This document shows, piece by piece, positions 1 to 10,560 of a DNA stretch of 64,000 bases. Location: assembly GCA_965207375.1 (NCBI GenBank), contig OZ242274.1, forward strand, positions 1,792,001-1,856,000, read 5' to 3'. A program made the translations under genes and the position numbers. Within the stretch, counting starts at the first letter, position 1. Every line of letters begins with the position of its first letter. This stretch comes from Nitrosopumilaceae archaeon (GTDB lineage: Archaea > Thermoproteota > Nitrososphaeria > Nitrososphaerales > Nitrosopumilaceae). The notes beneath the pieces are model-generated. The model had not been told where the DNA came from. It ran no database searches and saw only the letters and a list, made by a program, of their open reading frames with translations.

Positions 1-3000
1 GTTACCTGCAAGGAACGTACAGTATCGTCAAGATCAAGTGTGGTACCAGTTACATCAGGCAAGGTAGATTCCTCCACTGTTATTGTTATAGTATCACTGC
101 CGGTGTTGCCTGCCTTATCAGTAGCATATGCAGAGACAACATGATCTCCAGGTGATAGTGTTGCAGTTATTGCAGTACCTGTACCCAAAGTATTGTCACC
201 AGAACTCCATTGTATTGATTCTATATTTCCATCCTTGTCGTCTATTGCAATTGCCTCAAAACTCGCGCTTCCCGATGGAAGACGAGCGTTGTTAGATGGT
301 GAATTTATGGTCACAACAGGGACTATCATGTCAATTACAACCTCACTGTTTAGTGCAATAGGGCCCACCTTGGCACTAGGATTTATCTCAATCTCAAGAT
401 CTGGTGGAGGCAGCATGACAATTACATCTTCATTTGGCGAGGCTTGTGCCTTTATTGTGCCGCCATTGAGCTGAAGTGACATTTTAGACTCATAGTTGAG
501 ATCTTCAGTATCATCGCCGTCCTGTATGATATATGAGAATGTCAATTTGGATGTACCATTGCCTGAGGCATATGTTGCATATCTGTCAGTTGTTCCAAGA
601 TCTAGCTTGATGCGGGGTGTACCCGTAACTATTACAGGTTCTGAAAAATGTACAGATATAGAAATTGTGCCATCCCTGTAATTGCCAGAGGGAGAAGAGA
701 CACCGTATGGAAATACGGTCTTGTCAAGGGACAAGATATAAACACTACCATGACCTTCAAATACTGGACTGCCACCTCGAAAATCAGATCTATAATGTGG
801 CACCCCTACTGCAAGGTCCACAATACCATCCCCGTTATAATCATCAATAGATTCAATAGATTGACCAAAAAACGACGATGGAACAAGTGAAGTTGGAATT
901 GTTTTATGGTTTAACTCTACAAAATCCTTTATTCCTCCAGCATCATTTAAGAGTATTACAAATATGGCACCACGGTCTCCAGCTTCGCGTCCGCTTGCAC
1001 CTACTGCAATATCTGGTACACCATCACCGTCGATATCACCAATTGCAGTTACTGAGGTACCAAATCCATCCTTCGATTCTAAATCGGGTCCGGATTCTTC
1101 ATCTTTATCGATATCAAATGAGCCTTTAATTGCAAGAGATCCTTGTCGGTTTTCAAGTAGCAATATATGAACTGAGCCTTTAGAATCTGGAATAAAAAAA
1201 GTTTGCAATTCTGTGAATCGTGTTGCACCCACTGCAAGATCTACAATGCCATTACCATCAACATCACCAATAGCAGTCACAGAAGATCCAAACCAAGAAC
1301 CAATTGAACCAATTCCAGCAGTGTTACTATTGAGTTTCATTACTACATTAAGCATATTATCAGCAGTATAATCAATAGACATTATGTATAGTGTACCTCC
1401 GGAGTCTTTTGGAGCCCCCATTGCAATGTAATTGGTACCGTTATGAAAAATTTCACCCAAGTGTGTTATAGAAGCTCCGAAAAAGATGTTATTATCTTCA
1501 AGACCATCCACGTTACTAGATCCAAGTCTCATCACGTTTCTTTCTATTCCATTTGAATTGAAAAAGTGAACATAAAATACGAAATTTGTGCCGCTGCTTC
1601 TGTTGGGTCCAGCTGACATAATCTCATTTAATCCGTCACCGTCCAAATCTCCAATGTTTGCAACAGACCAACCGTATTGGGAATAGCTATTGCCATAACT
1701 GATTTTTTCTGATTTTAAAACAGTGTTATTAGAGTTCATAAGCAACACATAGACAGAACCTTTTGCTAAAGCTGGTGTACCTCCGGTAGGTTCGCCCACA
1801 ACTAGATCCTGCACGCCGTCACCATTCAAATCGCCTATGTTGGTTACAGAATAACCAAATCTCCCTGCAATTTCAGTGCTAATTCCAGTAATTTTATTAG
1901 CACTAGCTACAATACCTGTACTTGTACCCATTACTGCATCAAGTGAAATCAAATGAACTGTACCATGCTTGATGCCATCACTGGTATGATCTGGTGCACC
2001 AACAACAATGTCAGTTATACCATTACCATCAATGTCACCTATTGCAGTTACTGAGGTACCAAATCCGTCATTTGTTGCAATATTTGGACCGTTTCCTGTA
2101 TCGCCGTCAATTGTAATTGTTGCACGCAAAGAATTATCAGGGTTACGAAATACAAGATATAAAGCACCACTGCCTGTGCTTCCTTCAAGATTATTTGGCG
2201 CGCCAATTGCAAGGTCTGTGATACCATCACGGTCAATATCACCCAAGTTTGTCACAGAGGAGCCAAATAAACGCACATTGCTAGGGGGTCCGTTTCCCTG
2301 ATTAGCAGATATCGTGGATGATCCAACTATACTAATACTACCAGTATATTTCAAATGGAACACATAGACTACACCCTTCTGGCCTGCGTCTCTTGGCGAA
2401 CCCACTGCAATATCATCAAAACCATCACCGTTGTCATCCCCAATGTTTGCAATTGACGTACCAAACAAACGTGGAGGATCATTTGGTCCAGAGTGAAATG
2501 GGATACTGTTTGTACCATTTACAGATGTTGGATTATTCATAAGTATAAAGTATATTCTTCCTTGGTCATTTGCATTGCTGCCAGGATGAGTATTATCATC
2601 GCCGGGTGCACCTACAACAAGGTCTACCATACCGTTTTTATCCACATCACCTATTATTGCAACTGACGTACCGAATCCATCTCCTGCTGCAAGTATAGGG
2701 AGATGTGGAGTACCATTTGCAATTTCAAATGAGGATTTTACAGAGGTAGATTCCATCAATATTATATGAACTGCACCACGACTGTCATTATCACCTGGTG
2801 CACCTACAGCAAGGTCTACTATGCCGTTTCCATCCACATCGCCTATGGCTGTAATTGATGCACCGAATCTGTCACCTGCTGCAAGTGTAATGCCAAGATT
2901 ATGTCTAATTGTAAATGAATTTTTTACAGTATCGTTATCAGTCATAAGTATTATGTATATGCCGCCACAATCAATGCAACCAGCAAAATCACTTCCTGGA

Positions 3001-3392
3001 GCACCAACTGCAAAATCAACCACATCGTTTCCATCAATATCCCCTATGGCAGTTACGGAATAACCAAACTCTGCATCTGCACTAAAAAGGGTTATTCCGT
3101 TAACACTGTCATCTAGCTCAAGGGTGCTTAACGGATGAACAATAGGAATTGCCTCAAAATTGCTAGTCTGTCCGTATGCTGCAGGAAACGGGTCATAAAG
3201 AACCAAAAACCAATCAAGATACGTATCAAGTAAAATAGGCATATTTGACATCTCAACAGGGTTTGGGACAAGTACAATCATAGACAGAACAATAAACACC
3301 ATGATCAGATTTAGTTTAAAACTAGATTTTCTACGTATGTCTTTATCATGCAAGCATGCACAAAAACCAGATGTTAATTTATCTTCACACAT
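1..3392 (-). CDS. Large surface protein/adhesin: N-terminal hydrophobic segment, about 12 FG-GAP (integrin-alpha-like) repeats, then Ig-like domains; runs off the left edge (>1130 aa)
   Basis: Absent from the ORF track (no stop in window). Hand translation from ATG 3392: MCEDKL...LIMVFIVLSMIVLVP...PAAYGQ, repeated FGxSVxxIGDxDGxGxxDxxVGAP, then VHFSEPVIVTGTPRIKL and AYATDKAGNTGSDTITITV. Frame spot-checked, not every codon. Confidence 0.88.
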   Translation of the reverse strand, partial: MCEDKLTSGFCACLHDKDIRRKSSFKLNLIMVFIVLSMIVLVPNPVEMSNMPILLDTYLDWFLVLYDPFPAAYGQTSNFEAIPIVHPLSTLELDDSVNGITLFSADAEFGYSVTAIGDIDGNDVVDFAVGAPGSDFAGCIDCGGIYIILMTDNDTVKNSFTIRHNLGITLAAGDRFGASITAIGDVDGNGIVDLAVGAPGDNDSRGAVHIILMESTSVKSSFEIANGTPHLPILAAGDGFGTSVAIIGDVDKNGMVDLVVGAPGDDNTHPGSNANDQGRIYFILMNNPTSVNGTNSIPFHSGPNDPPRLFGTSIANIGDDNGDGFDDIAVGSPRDAGQKGVVYVFHLKYTGSISIVGSSTISANQGNGPPSNVRLFGSSVTNLGDIDRDGITDLAIGAPNNLEGSTGSGALYLVFRNPDNSLRATITIDGDTGNGPNIATNDGFGTSVTAIGDIDGNGITDIVVGAPDHTSDGIKHGTVHLISLDAVMGTSTGIVASANKITGISTEIAGRFGYSVTNIGDLNGDGVQDLVVGEPTGGTPALAKGSVYVLLMNSNNTVLKSEKISYGNSYSQYGWSVANIGDLDGDGLNEIMSAGPNRSSGTNFVFYVHFFNSNGIERNVMRLGSSNVDGLEDNNIFFGASITHLGEIFHNGTNYIAMGAPKDSGGTLYIMSIDYTADNMLNVVMKLNSNTAGIGSIGSWFGSSVTAIGDVDGNGIVDLAVGATRFTELQTFFIPDSKGSVHILLLENRQGSLAIKGSFDIDKDEESGPDLESKDGFGTSVTAIGDIDGDGVPDIAVGASGREAGDRGAIFVILLNDAGGIKDFVELNHKTIPTSLVPSSFFGQSIESIDDYNGDGIVDLAVGVPHYRSDFRGGSPVFEGHGSVYILSLDKTVFPYGVSSPSGNYRDGTISISVHFSEPVIVTGTPRIKLDLGTTDRYATYASGNGTSKLTFSYIIQDGDDTEDLNYESKMSLQLNGGTIKAQASPNEDVIVMLPPPDLEIEINPSAKVGPIALNSEVVIDMIVPVVTINSPSNNARLPSGSASFEAIAIDDKDGNIESIQWSSGDNTLGTGTAITATLSPGDHVVSAYATDKAGNTGSDTITITVEESTLPDVTGTTLDLDDTVRSLQV

Positions 3393-3393
3393 A

Positions 3394-3404
3394 CCCCCCC
3401 CCCC
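3394..3404 (-). repeat. G11 homopolymer (C11 on +) 1 nt upstream of the adhesin start codon
   Basis: ataCCCCCCCCCCCtgaag read directly. Confidence 0.95.
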
Positions 3405-3832
3405 TGAAGATGGTTTTAGACACAGGTGCTAGAAAAAAACAGATCGTAACATACATAAATAATTTATTAATACCTATTAGGGTCATATGTTATCACATTT
3501 TTATTATTCTAAAAATATAACTGTAAAGCATGCAGATCCTCCAATCATGCCTGAAATACCATATAAAAACGAATTATTTCAAAAAAACACCTAGCCAAAG
3601 TTTTTTGAGGCATATCCCACATAATGACTGATAAAAATATGCACAGAACCAGAACGTAAATTATGTCCTATGACAGTCTAAAACTTGATATCGCTATATG
3701 GACCAGACACTTGTACATCATGACACGCAAGGCCTTACGTCCTAACCAAGTCTTAAGAAATTAGAAAGCAGGCATGAACGTGGCATGCAATGAGAGGGAT
3801 TTGAATTTATACAGGTATATTTTACAAACCAC

Positions 3833-4297
3833 ATGGCAAGGGCAAGATATTGGAAACTTGGCGCAGATGAGGTCACACAGTTCAAGTATGACGAAGGCAA
3901 ACTACTCAACTGGGACATCAAATGTGTAATAGAACCAGAAGAGGAGGCCATATTTGTCGGAGTTTTTATGTACAAAAATGGAACGCCACATGATTACGAA
4001 TCAATTAAAGGACTTGCCTATTATCATAATCACATTGCACTAGACAGATTGCCAAAAATTACAAAATTTCTAAAAAATAAATTCAACGGCGAGGAGATGA
4101 TCAAGAGTGACAGAATTCTTTTAAAAAATTCAAGGGAGATATATTCAGGACACGACATAGGCACACTTGCAAAGGAGTTAGAGAAACTACTTGATGCGAC
4201 TGCCACAATTACATTAGAATTTACAGATTTTAATGAAGAAGAGATGACTGCTGCAGGCCTACCTACGGCAAAATTATTGCCAATTCCTACAAAGTAG
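3833..4297 (+). CDS. Hypothetical protein (154 aa)
   Basis: Clean ORF 32 nt upstream of tatC; no motif recognised. Confidence 0.8.
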   Translation: MARARYWKLGADEVTQFKYDEGKLLNWDIKCVIEPEEEAIFVGVFMYKNGTPHDYESIKGLAYYHNHIALDRLPKITKFLKNKFNGEEMIKSDRILLKNSREIYSGHDIGTLAKELEKLLDATATITLEFTDFNEEEMTAAGLPTAKLLPIPTK

Positions 4298-4329
4298 ATA
4301 AATTACAGAAACGCCTACTCTGAATTTAG

Positions 4330-5121
4330 ATGTCAGAGTTAGAGTCATTCAGAGAGCACTTGGAAGAACTACGAAAACGTGTTCTTAGAATTGTAATTGT
4401 AATTATGGCAATTACGGCAGTCTTGCTAACAGTACATTTAGAGCCTGTAGAATTTGCAGGAATGAATTTAGTTTATCCAACAATGCAACCACTAGATAAC
4501 ATTGCAGCACAAATTACAGAATACATGAAGTACAATCTAGTGCCAGAAGATGTTCAACTCATACAAACGGCACCAGGTCAGGCGTTTTTTGCCCAACTAT
4601 ACATTGCAGTTTTAGTAGGTGTAGTGGCGGGCATGCCAGTAATTGTAAAAGAGCTAGTTGGATTTATCAGTCCGGCATTAAGAGAAAACGAAATTCACAT
4701 CAGCAAAAGTATAACTATACCTGCAGTGGGGCTTTTTGTTGCAGGTGTGTTGTTTTCCTATTTTGCAGTAATACCATACATCTTGGAATTTTTATACAGA
4801 TATGGGGAATCAGCAGGGTTAGTTACGTTTCTTAATGTAATTGACTTTGTGACATTTGTCTTGCAGTTTCTAATAGCATTTGGACTGTCATTTCAGTTGC
4901 CGTTAATCATGTATGCGGCAACTGCATCAGGAATGACTGATGCAAAATTTTGGAGGAGAAATTTTCGATACGCCATAGTAATTATTGTAGTATTTGGTGC
5001 AGCAATCACACCAGATGGAACAGGCATAACCATGGCAATGATTGCAGGTCCCATGGCAGGATTATACTTGATAGGTATGAGAATTATTGAAAAACAAGAA
5101 AAAACCAAATCTTCATTGTAA
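4330..5121 (+). CDS. tatC: Twin-arginine translocase subunit TatC
   Basis: EHLEELRKR, FISPALRENE, FGLSFQLP and AAITPDG motifs; multiple TM helices. Confidence 0.96.
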   Translation: MSELESFREHLEELRKRVLRIVIVIMAITAVLLTVHLEPVEFAGMNLVYPTMQPLDNIAAQITEYMKYNLVPEDVQLIQTAPGQAFFAQLYIAVLVGVVAGMPVIVKELVGFISPALRENEIHISKSITIPAVGLFVAGVLFSYFAVIPYILEFLYRYGESAGLVTFLNVIDFVTFVLQFLIAFGLSFQLPLIMYAATASGMTDAKFWRRNFRYAIVIIVVFGAAITPDGTGITMAMIAGPMAGLYLIGMRIIEKQEKTKSSL

Positions 5122-5465
5122 TTTAGAAAACATGTGTCGGTCATTACATTACCAATCATGACACATGGAGTGGAAATAATTTTGTGCATGTATATCACAT
5201 GTGATACTGCATGTTGCTTTCAAATACAACCCAAAATCCGTGCAAACAGTCACGATAATATAGTGAGATCTACTGTTCCAGTCTTTTTGTAACTACACAC
5301 AAGATAGATTCAGCATATAATAACAGTGGCCTAGTTTCTGTGACAGGTGGTAGTAATATAATCCAAATTTTAGGCATAAAAATTTATTACATTTTGCAGA
5401 GATTAGGCAGAGTTATGTCACTAAAATTTAGAACACTTAAATCTTGATTTAAAGAAAAGTCACTA

Positions 5466-5672
5466 ATGCTAGAAAATCTAGTCGGTTTCATTGCAGGACA
5501 AGAATGGATATTTATCATAATTATTGCAATAGTGTTCATATTTGGAGCAAAAAAGATTCCAGAGCTTGCAAGAACCTTTGGCAAGGCAAAGGGAGAATTT
5601 GAGCAAGGCAAAATAGAAGGCGACAAAAAATTAAAAGAATTCAAGGACGAAAAAAAGGCAAATACAGACTAG
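5466..5672 (+). CDS. tatA: Twin-arginine translocase subunit TatA/E
   Basis: TM helix then FGAKKIPELARTFGKAKGEF. Confidence 0.95.
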   Translation: MLENLVGFIAGQEWIFIIIIAIVFIFGAKKIPELARTFGKAKGEFEQGKIEGDKKLKEFKDEKKANTD

Positions 5673-5716
5673 ATGTGTGACATTGCAAGTATAATGTAAA
5701 AACTAGATAGATTCAA

Positions 5717-6060
5717 TCAGTGGCAAAATTTTGCAATTTTTGAATAATAATTTTTAGCAGCGTGTAATTCTGCAACAGACATGTTTTTACCTACGGTGTA
5801 ACGTGCACTAGAACTTACCATAATTGGCAATAGGCATTATGAATTGAATAAAAATTATTTTTAACAACACTCAATCTTGCCTGATGATTGGTCCTTTTAG
5901 GTATTTTATTTTTGATGCAATAGTCATCAATTAGATGAAGTGCTGAATAAAATAATGTGGTAATTTCCCAATCTATAAAATTTGGGTTTTTTAGATTCAA
6001 AAAATCACTTGCATCTTTATTTTGTGCACTTTGTTGATTATGAAATGTAGATGGAAATTT
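5717..6060 (-). pseudogene. HEPN-like toxin gene, frameshifted near 5815
   Basis: PSTFHNQQSAQN...DWEITTLFYSALHLID...NHQAR...AYCQLW*, continuing in another frame as SSSARYTVG...KFCH*. Confidence 0.65.
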
Positions 6061-6677
6061 TATGATCTTGAAAAAATTATTCTAGCTTCTTCTAGATGTG
6101 ACGGATCAACTTCGGTCGTATGGAAAATCCATGGCCTTGGGAAATATTCGGGTAATTTATCTTCTAACTCTATAACTATATTCACTATATCCTCTAAGGC
6201 TTTTACTGGATCCTGGTTTGTATGAACTACAAACAATTCTATATCTGAATTGTCTTTCGAATATGCAATAGTTTGAATATATGGAAGACGTAAGAGATTC
6301 TCTACAATCTCATCTGATTCGGATTGAATTAATTCTGATGTGATGTTATTTTTTGTAGGTATTAATCCTAAACCTGTTAATTTATGATCTATAATTGATG
6401 TGATCACTTTTTCAAACATGGACATATTGTATCGTAATCTATCATCTATGAATGATTCTATTTCACTTTTTTTAACTTGTGTTCCTTGAGTTACATTTCC
6501 AGGATAGCATCCAAATTGTTTAGCTGCAAGATTTGTTATAATTCCAATACTCTCCTTGTCAAACATTGTGGTCTCTGATGTATTTGATAAATTCAAATTT
6601 AGTAGGTGGTTTGTGTTTTCATTTAATTGTATGGGTCTGCCCCCGTTTGTTTTCTTCATATTGATATCTTTTAGCAT
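6060..6677 (-). CDS. Hypothetical protein with degenerate nucleotidyltransferase (MNT)-like C-terminus; probable antitoxin partner
   Basis: IQTIAYSKDNSDIELFVV...IELEDK pattern; abuts the HEPN-like gene. Confidence 0.55.
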   Translation of the reverse strand: MLKDINMKKTNGGRPIQLNENTNHLLNLNLSNTSETTMFDKESIGIITNLAAKQFGCYPGNVTQGTQVKKSEIESFIDDRLRYNMSMFEKVITSIIDHKLTGLGLIPTKNNITSELIQSESDEIVENLLRLPYIQTIAYSKDNSDIELFVVHTNQDPVKALEDIVNIVIELEDKLPEYFPRPWIFHTTEVDPSHLEEARIIFSRS

Positions 6678-6678
6678 T

Positions 6679-7435
6679 TTATTCTACCTTGTAATATGCA
6701 TACGTTGCTATTGCAAATGTAGTTAACACTTTCACAATATTTATTCTCATAGATAACGGTAATTCCATCATTTCATTAAACTTTTCATTATTCTGTTTAA
6801 AGAAATCTGTTTTAATAAATGTCAGATACAAGTTACTTGGATCGTCTAATACATCAAATAATTGATTTGTCAGTATTCCTATTAGAATGATAAATTGCCA
6901 TTGCTAATCTATAAATCATTGTACTTGCATCCATATTTTTGCCTCTTTTGGCCTCTTTTATTGTCATATCAATAATTTTTTTATTGTCCACTTTATCTTT
7001 GATCTTTATTGCATTCAATAACTCAATTGATCTATCTCTTGCAAATTCTAACGTAAATTTTGCCTCGTATTTTTTATTTTCCATCAAATCAGATATGCAT
7101 CTTCTTGACTTTTTTATCCATTCAGGAAATTTTTCAAATATCTCTAATTTTGCTAATATCTTCAGCCCAAGTATCATATCATATCCCCAAAAACCAAACT
7201 GTCCGTTGGTTTCTGCATATACAAACAATTCATTGGTGAAGGCAGATGTTTTAATTAATTCGTAAACTTTTGGGTTTACAGATAGTTCTAAATCCCCGGA
7301 TTCATTTGTTTCATCTTTTTTTAGTGTAATGTGCAAAAATGGAAATGTTGGTATTGTAGCAGTTTTCAAAAACATACCTGTTTTAGATTCTCTAGGTGAT
7401 GAGGACTCAAATTCAAAAGAAAACTCTTCAAACAT
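6679..7435 (-). pseudogene. Hypothetical protein, probably frameshifted near 6890
   Basis: ORF 7435-6854 plus an overlapping open frame (NQLFDVLDDPSNLY...AYYKVE*) ending at 6679, just before the ATG at 6677. Confidence 0.55.
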
Positions 7436-7642
7436 GTTGTTTTTTGACAGGTCTTACATTACCTGTTTATCTAAGATAAACATAAAATATGTGTAACATA
7501 ACAGATCTTCTAAAGCAATATACGTAAAAACTTCAAACTCTGATGTTTACATCTAATTTAGACGTAACACTTTAGAAAACATACAGGTTACAAATACGTT
7601 TGATAAATTAAGTGACCTCAAAATAAAAGAGTTTGCGCAAAA

Positions 7643-8110
7643 TTATGATTGATTCTCTACTAGTTTTGCAAATTCATCAGTAATTTCTGCTAGTCCATTT
7701 TGTATTTTTGACCTTTTAAAAAATCCAGCAATTCTCAAGACTCCTGCAAGGCAAATGTCAGCAGATATGACAATCTTTGTCCCCTCTGAGACAGTGTCGT
7801 ATCTTTCAACAATGTGACTTCCCTTTGCATCACCGCCAATCACAAAGACTTCATGAAACACAGGATACCTCACCACGTGCTTTGTCATCATGACTAGATT
7901 TCTGCTAAAAAGACGTACGTGCTGCTCTACTATAGTTACACTATCTCTGCTTGAACGTATACGAACCGAGGGAAAGTATTGCGGCATGTGCCTTTGAAAT
8001 GACACATAGTCTGTTGCCATCTCAAAAACCCGATTTCTGTCTGCATTTATGATTTTTTCATAGTTTACCTTTGGCAAACTAGTCAGTTCCCCATCTTTTG
8101 TACAGGTCAT
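7643..8110 (-). CDS. SRPBCC/START (polyketide cyclase-like) protein
   Basis: IINADRNRVFEMATDY...MPQYFPSVRI pattern; true start may be about 30 nt downstream. Confidence 0.8.
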   Translation of the reverse strand: MTCTKDGELTSLPKVNYEKIINADRNRVFEMATDYVSFQRHMPQYFPSVRIRSSRDSVTIVEQHVRLFSRNLVMMTKHVVRYPVFHEVFVIGGDAKGSHIVERYDTVSEGTKIVISADICLAGVLRIAGFFKRSKIQNGLAEITDEFAKLVENQS

Positions 8111-8642
8111 GTTTCAAATCAAACTGATCCAAGCATTTGCCTACACCGTGATTTACAATGTCATCAATGCTTTGTGGCTTTGTATAAAACTCAGTTACGG
8201 GCGGAAGTATTACGACTCCTAGTCTAGACAGTTTCAACATGTTTTCTAGATGAATCGCAGACAGTGGCGTTTCACGGGCCATCAAAACCAGCCTTCTTGA
8301 TTCTTTGATTGTAACGCCTGCTGCACGAGAAACCAAATTCTCATCATAACCGTTTGCAATACTAGACAGCGTTTTCATGCTGCAAGGCATTACCAACATA
8401 CCATCTACTTTGAAGGTGCCGCTAGAAACACCTGCTGCCATGTTTTTATCATCATAATATCTAGTTGCAAGCGACTGGACATAATCAATGTCGTGTGCAG
8501 TCTCCATCAAGATACACTTTTGGGCCCATTTACTGATTATCAGATACGTTTCAACTCCTAGTTTTGCAAGAATCTCCAATGCCCGGATTCCATAAATTAC
8601 ACCTGTACTACCAGTCATGCCAAGAATCAGTTTCATATACAA
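8079..8642 (-). CDS. ubiX: Flavin prenyltransferase UbiX
   Basis: GMTGSTG, SSG, PCSMKTL and RETPLSAIHLENM motifs. Confidence 0.95.
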   Translation of the reverse strand: MYMKLILGMTGSTGVIYGIRALEILAKLGVETYLIISKWAQKCILMETAHDIDYVQSLATRYYDDKNMAAGVSSGTFKVDGMLVMPCSMKTLSSIANGYDENLVSRAAGVTIKESRRLVLMARETPLSAIHLENMLKLSRLGVVILPPVTEFYTKPQSIDDIVNHGVGKCLDQFDLKHDLYKRWGTD

Positions 8643-8665
8643 AGTACGATTGTACCGTATTTTAT

Positions 8666-8821
8666 CTATTGGCAGGATTGGCTTTCATTGTCACTAGTTT
8701 GAGAATCAATGTCCTCAGATGCAGCCTCGCGTCTGCGTTTAATTCTCAAGGTTATACCGCCTACAACCATTGCAGAAAGCAGAATCATTCCCACAAGTAC
8801 CATCTCAAAGCTGTACACCAT
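8666..8821 (-). CDS. Small single-TM membrane protein (51 aa)
   Basis: Hand translation MVYSFEMVLVGMILLSAMVVGGITLRIKRRREAASEDIDSQTSDNESQSCQ*; TM followed by basic residues; co-oriented with ubiX. Confidence 0.6.
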   Translation of the reverse strand: MVYSFEMVLVGMILLSAMVVGGITLRIKRRREAASEDIDSQTSDNESQSCQ

Positions 8822-8907
8822 AGTATAACACAACACCCTGCTAGAATAAATCTCATGTGCCAGACAAAATTACAAGCTATATTTAGCTCCCTGTACATAA
8901 TGAAATA

Positions 8908-9999
8908 ATGATTAAAAGAAAAGAGATCAAAGATATAGTTAAGAATTATTCAGATTTCAGAGTCGGCGTACTAGGAAGCCACTCTGCACTAGAGGTAATG
9001 GATGGCGCAAAAGATGAGGGTCTACAGACTGTAGTCATGTGCCAAAAGGGCAGGCAAACCCCGTATCAAAGATTTGGGCGAATTGCAGACGAGATTGTAA
9101 TTTTGCCAAAATTCAAAGACATGGCAGCTGCTAAAACCCAAAAGATGCTGCGAGATACAAATACGATTATAGTTGCACATCGCTCACTTACAGCATATTT
9201 AGGATACAAGACAATTGAGGACACATTTAAGGTTCCAATTTTTGGAAACAGGGCACTATTCCAGGCAGAAGAACGCCATCACAAAAAAAACCAGTATTAT
9301 CTTTTGCAAAAGGCGGCAATAAAGTATCCAAAAATATTCAAAAACCCAAAAGACATCAACGGACCTGCAATTGTCAAAGTACAAGAAAAAAACAGAAAAT
9401 TAGAAAGAGCGTTTTTTACAGTATCATCTTATTCAGATTACAAGGAAAAATCCGAAGAGCGAATAAAAAAAGGACTGATTTCAAGAAAAGGTCTAGAGCA
9501 GGCAAGCATAGAGGAGCTAGCAATTGGAACATATCTGAATTTTAATTTCTTTCACACGCCGATTTCAGATTACTGTGATTTTATAGGTATAGAGCGACGC
9601 CTCCAAACAAACACGATGGATTTTAACGCATTACCTGCAAAGCAACAGTTGGAAATGGATATTGACTTGCAAAATATCGAGGTCGGACACACCCCTGCAA
9701 GTATCAGAGAGTCGCTGCTTGAAAAGGTGATTTCAATGGGGGATAAATTCGTAAAGGCCGTAAAAAAAGAGTATGCACCAGGAATTATCGGCCCGTTCTC
9801 CCTGCAAAGTGTAATTACAAAGGATCTTGAAATGATTGTATACGATGTGTCACTCAGGGTGCCAGGCAACCCAATTCTTGCAACGACTAGTCCTTATACA
9901 AAATATCAATACGGTACCACATTTGGAATAGGCAGAAGAATTGCAATGGAGCTCAAGCGTGCACAAGAGCAGGGCAGACTAGACGAAATAGTAACCTAA
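8908..9999 (+). CDS. purP: FAICAR synthetase PurP (ATP-grasp)
   Basis: LGSHSAL, GAKDEG, GHTPASIRESLL and GIIGPFSLQ motifs. Confidence 0.93.
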   Translation: MIKRKEIKDIVKNYSDFRVGVLGSHSALEVMDGAKDEGLQTVVMCQKGRQTPYQRFGRIADEIVILPKFKDMAAAKTQKMLRDTNTIIVAHRSLTAYLGYKTIEDTFKVPIFGNRALFQAEERHHKKNQYYLLQKAAIKYPKIFKNPKDINGPAIVKVQEKNRKLERAFFTVSSYSDYKEKSEERIKKGLISRKGLEQASIEELAIGTYLNFNFFHTPISDYCDFIGIERRLQTNTMDFNALPAKQQLEMDIDLQNIEVGHTPASIRESLLEKVISMGDKFVKAVKKEYAPGIIGPFSLQSVITKDLEMIVYDVSLRVPGNPILATTSPYTKYQYGTTFGIGRRIAMELKRAQEQGRLDEIVT

Positions 10000-10421
10000 A
10001 TCTCCATGCTTTCTTTGAGAAGATTCCTTCTAATCAGTATCGGAATATTATAGTATACTGCAAGGGCTAGTGCATCAGATGCCCTATAGTTTCGCAAGAC
10101 AAGCTCGTTTTTGCCTGCAAAGTATAGATTTGCCCTAAGAACTTGGCCGCTTTCATAAATTTTTATCTTGACTAGAAACATCTCATTGTGTTCACAAATA
10201 TCCTCAATCATTTTGTAAATGGTCGGAAGCGATTCAGAGTTACCATCAAGAAAGCTTGTGATGTGTTTTGCTACCTCGCCTGAAAATGCACGTATGTGAA
10301 ATTCCTTTTTATCATCAGAACGCAAAATTACCAGTCCCTCAACTGCATACGGGTCGATAAAACCTACATGCTCTACTGCAACGCATTCATAATCTGGCTC
10401 TTGTCCTTGATCAATTTTCAT
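9996..10421 (-). CDS. Bifunctional nuclease (DUF151) family protein
   Basis: RASDALALAV...PILI motif. Confidence 0.85.
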   Translation of the reverse strand: MKIDQGQEPDYECVAVEHVGFIDPYAVEGLVILRSDDKKEFHIRAFSGEVAKHITSFLDGNSESLPTIYKMIEDICEHNEMFLVKIKIYESGQVLRANLYFAGKNELVLRNYRASDALALAVYYNIPILIRRNLLKESMEI

Positions 10422-10560
10422 GATATATCAGAAAAAGTTTAGTCTATTGTCCTTATAAGGATAAAATTATACATCGATCAGTACACAGGGTAAAACTAAA
10501 CGATCCATCATGCCTAAAGCAAACTAAAATTATTTAAAATGAGGTGCAAGTGATAGCTTT

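Noticed and set aside
193-3063. Many short + strand ORFs
   Set aside because: Antisense shadows of the minus-strand adhesin
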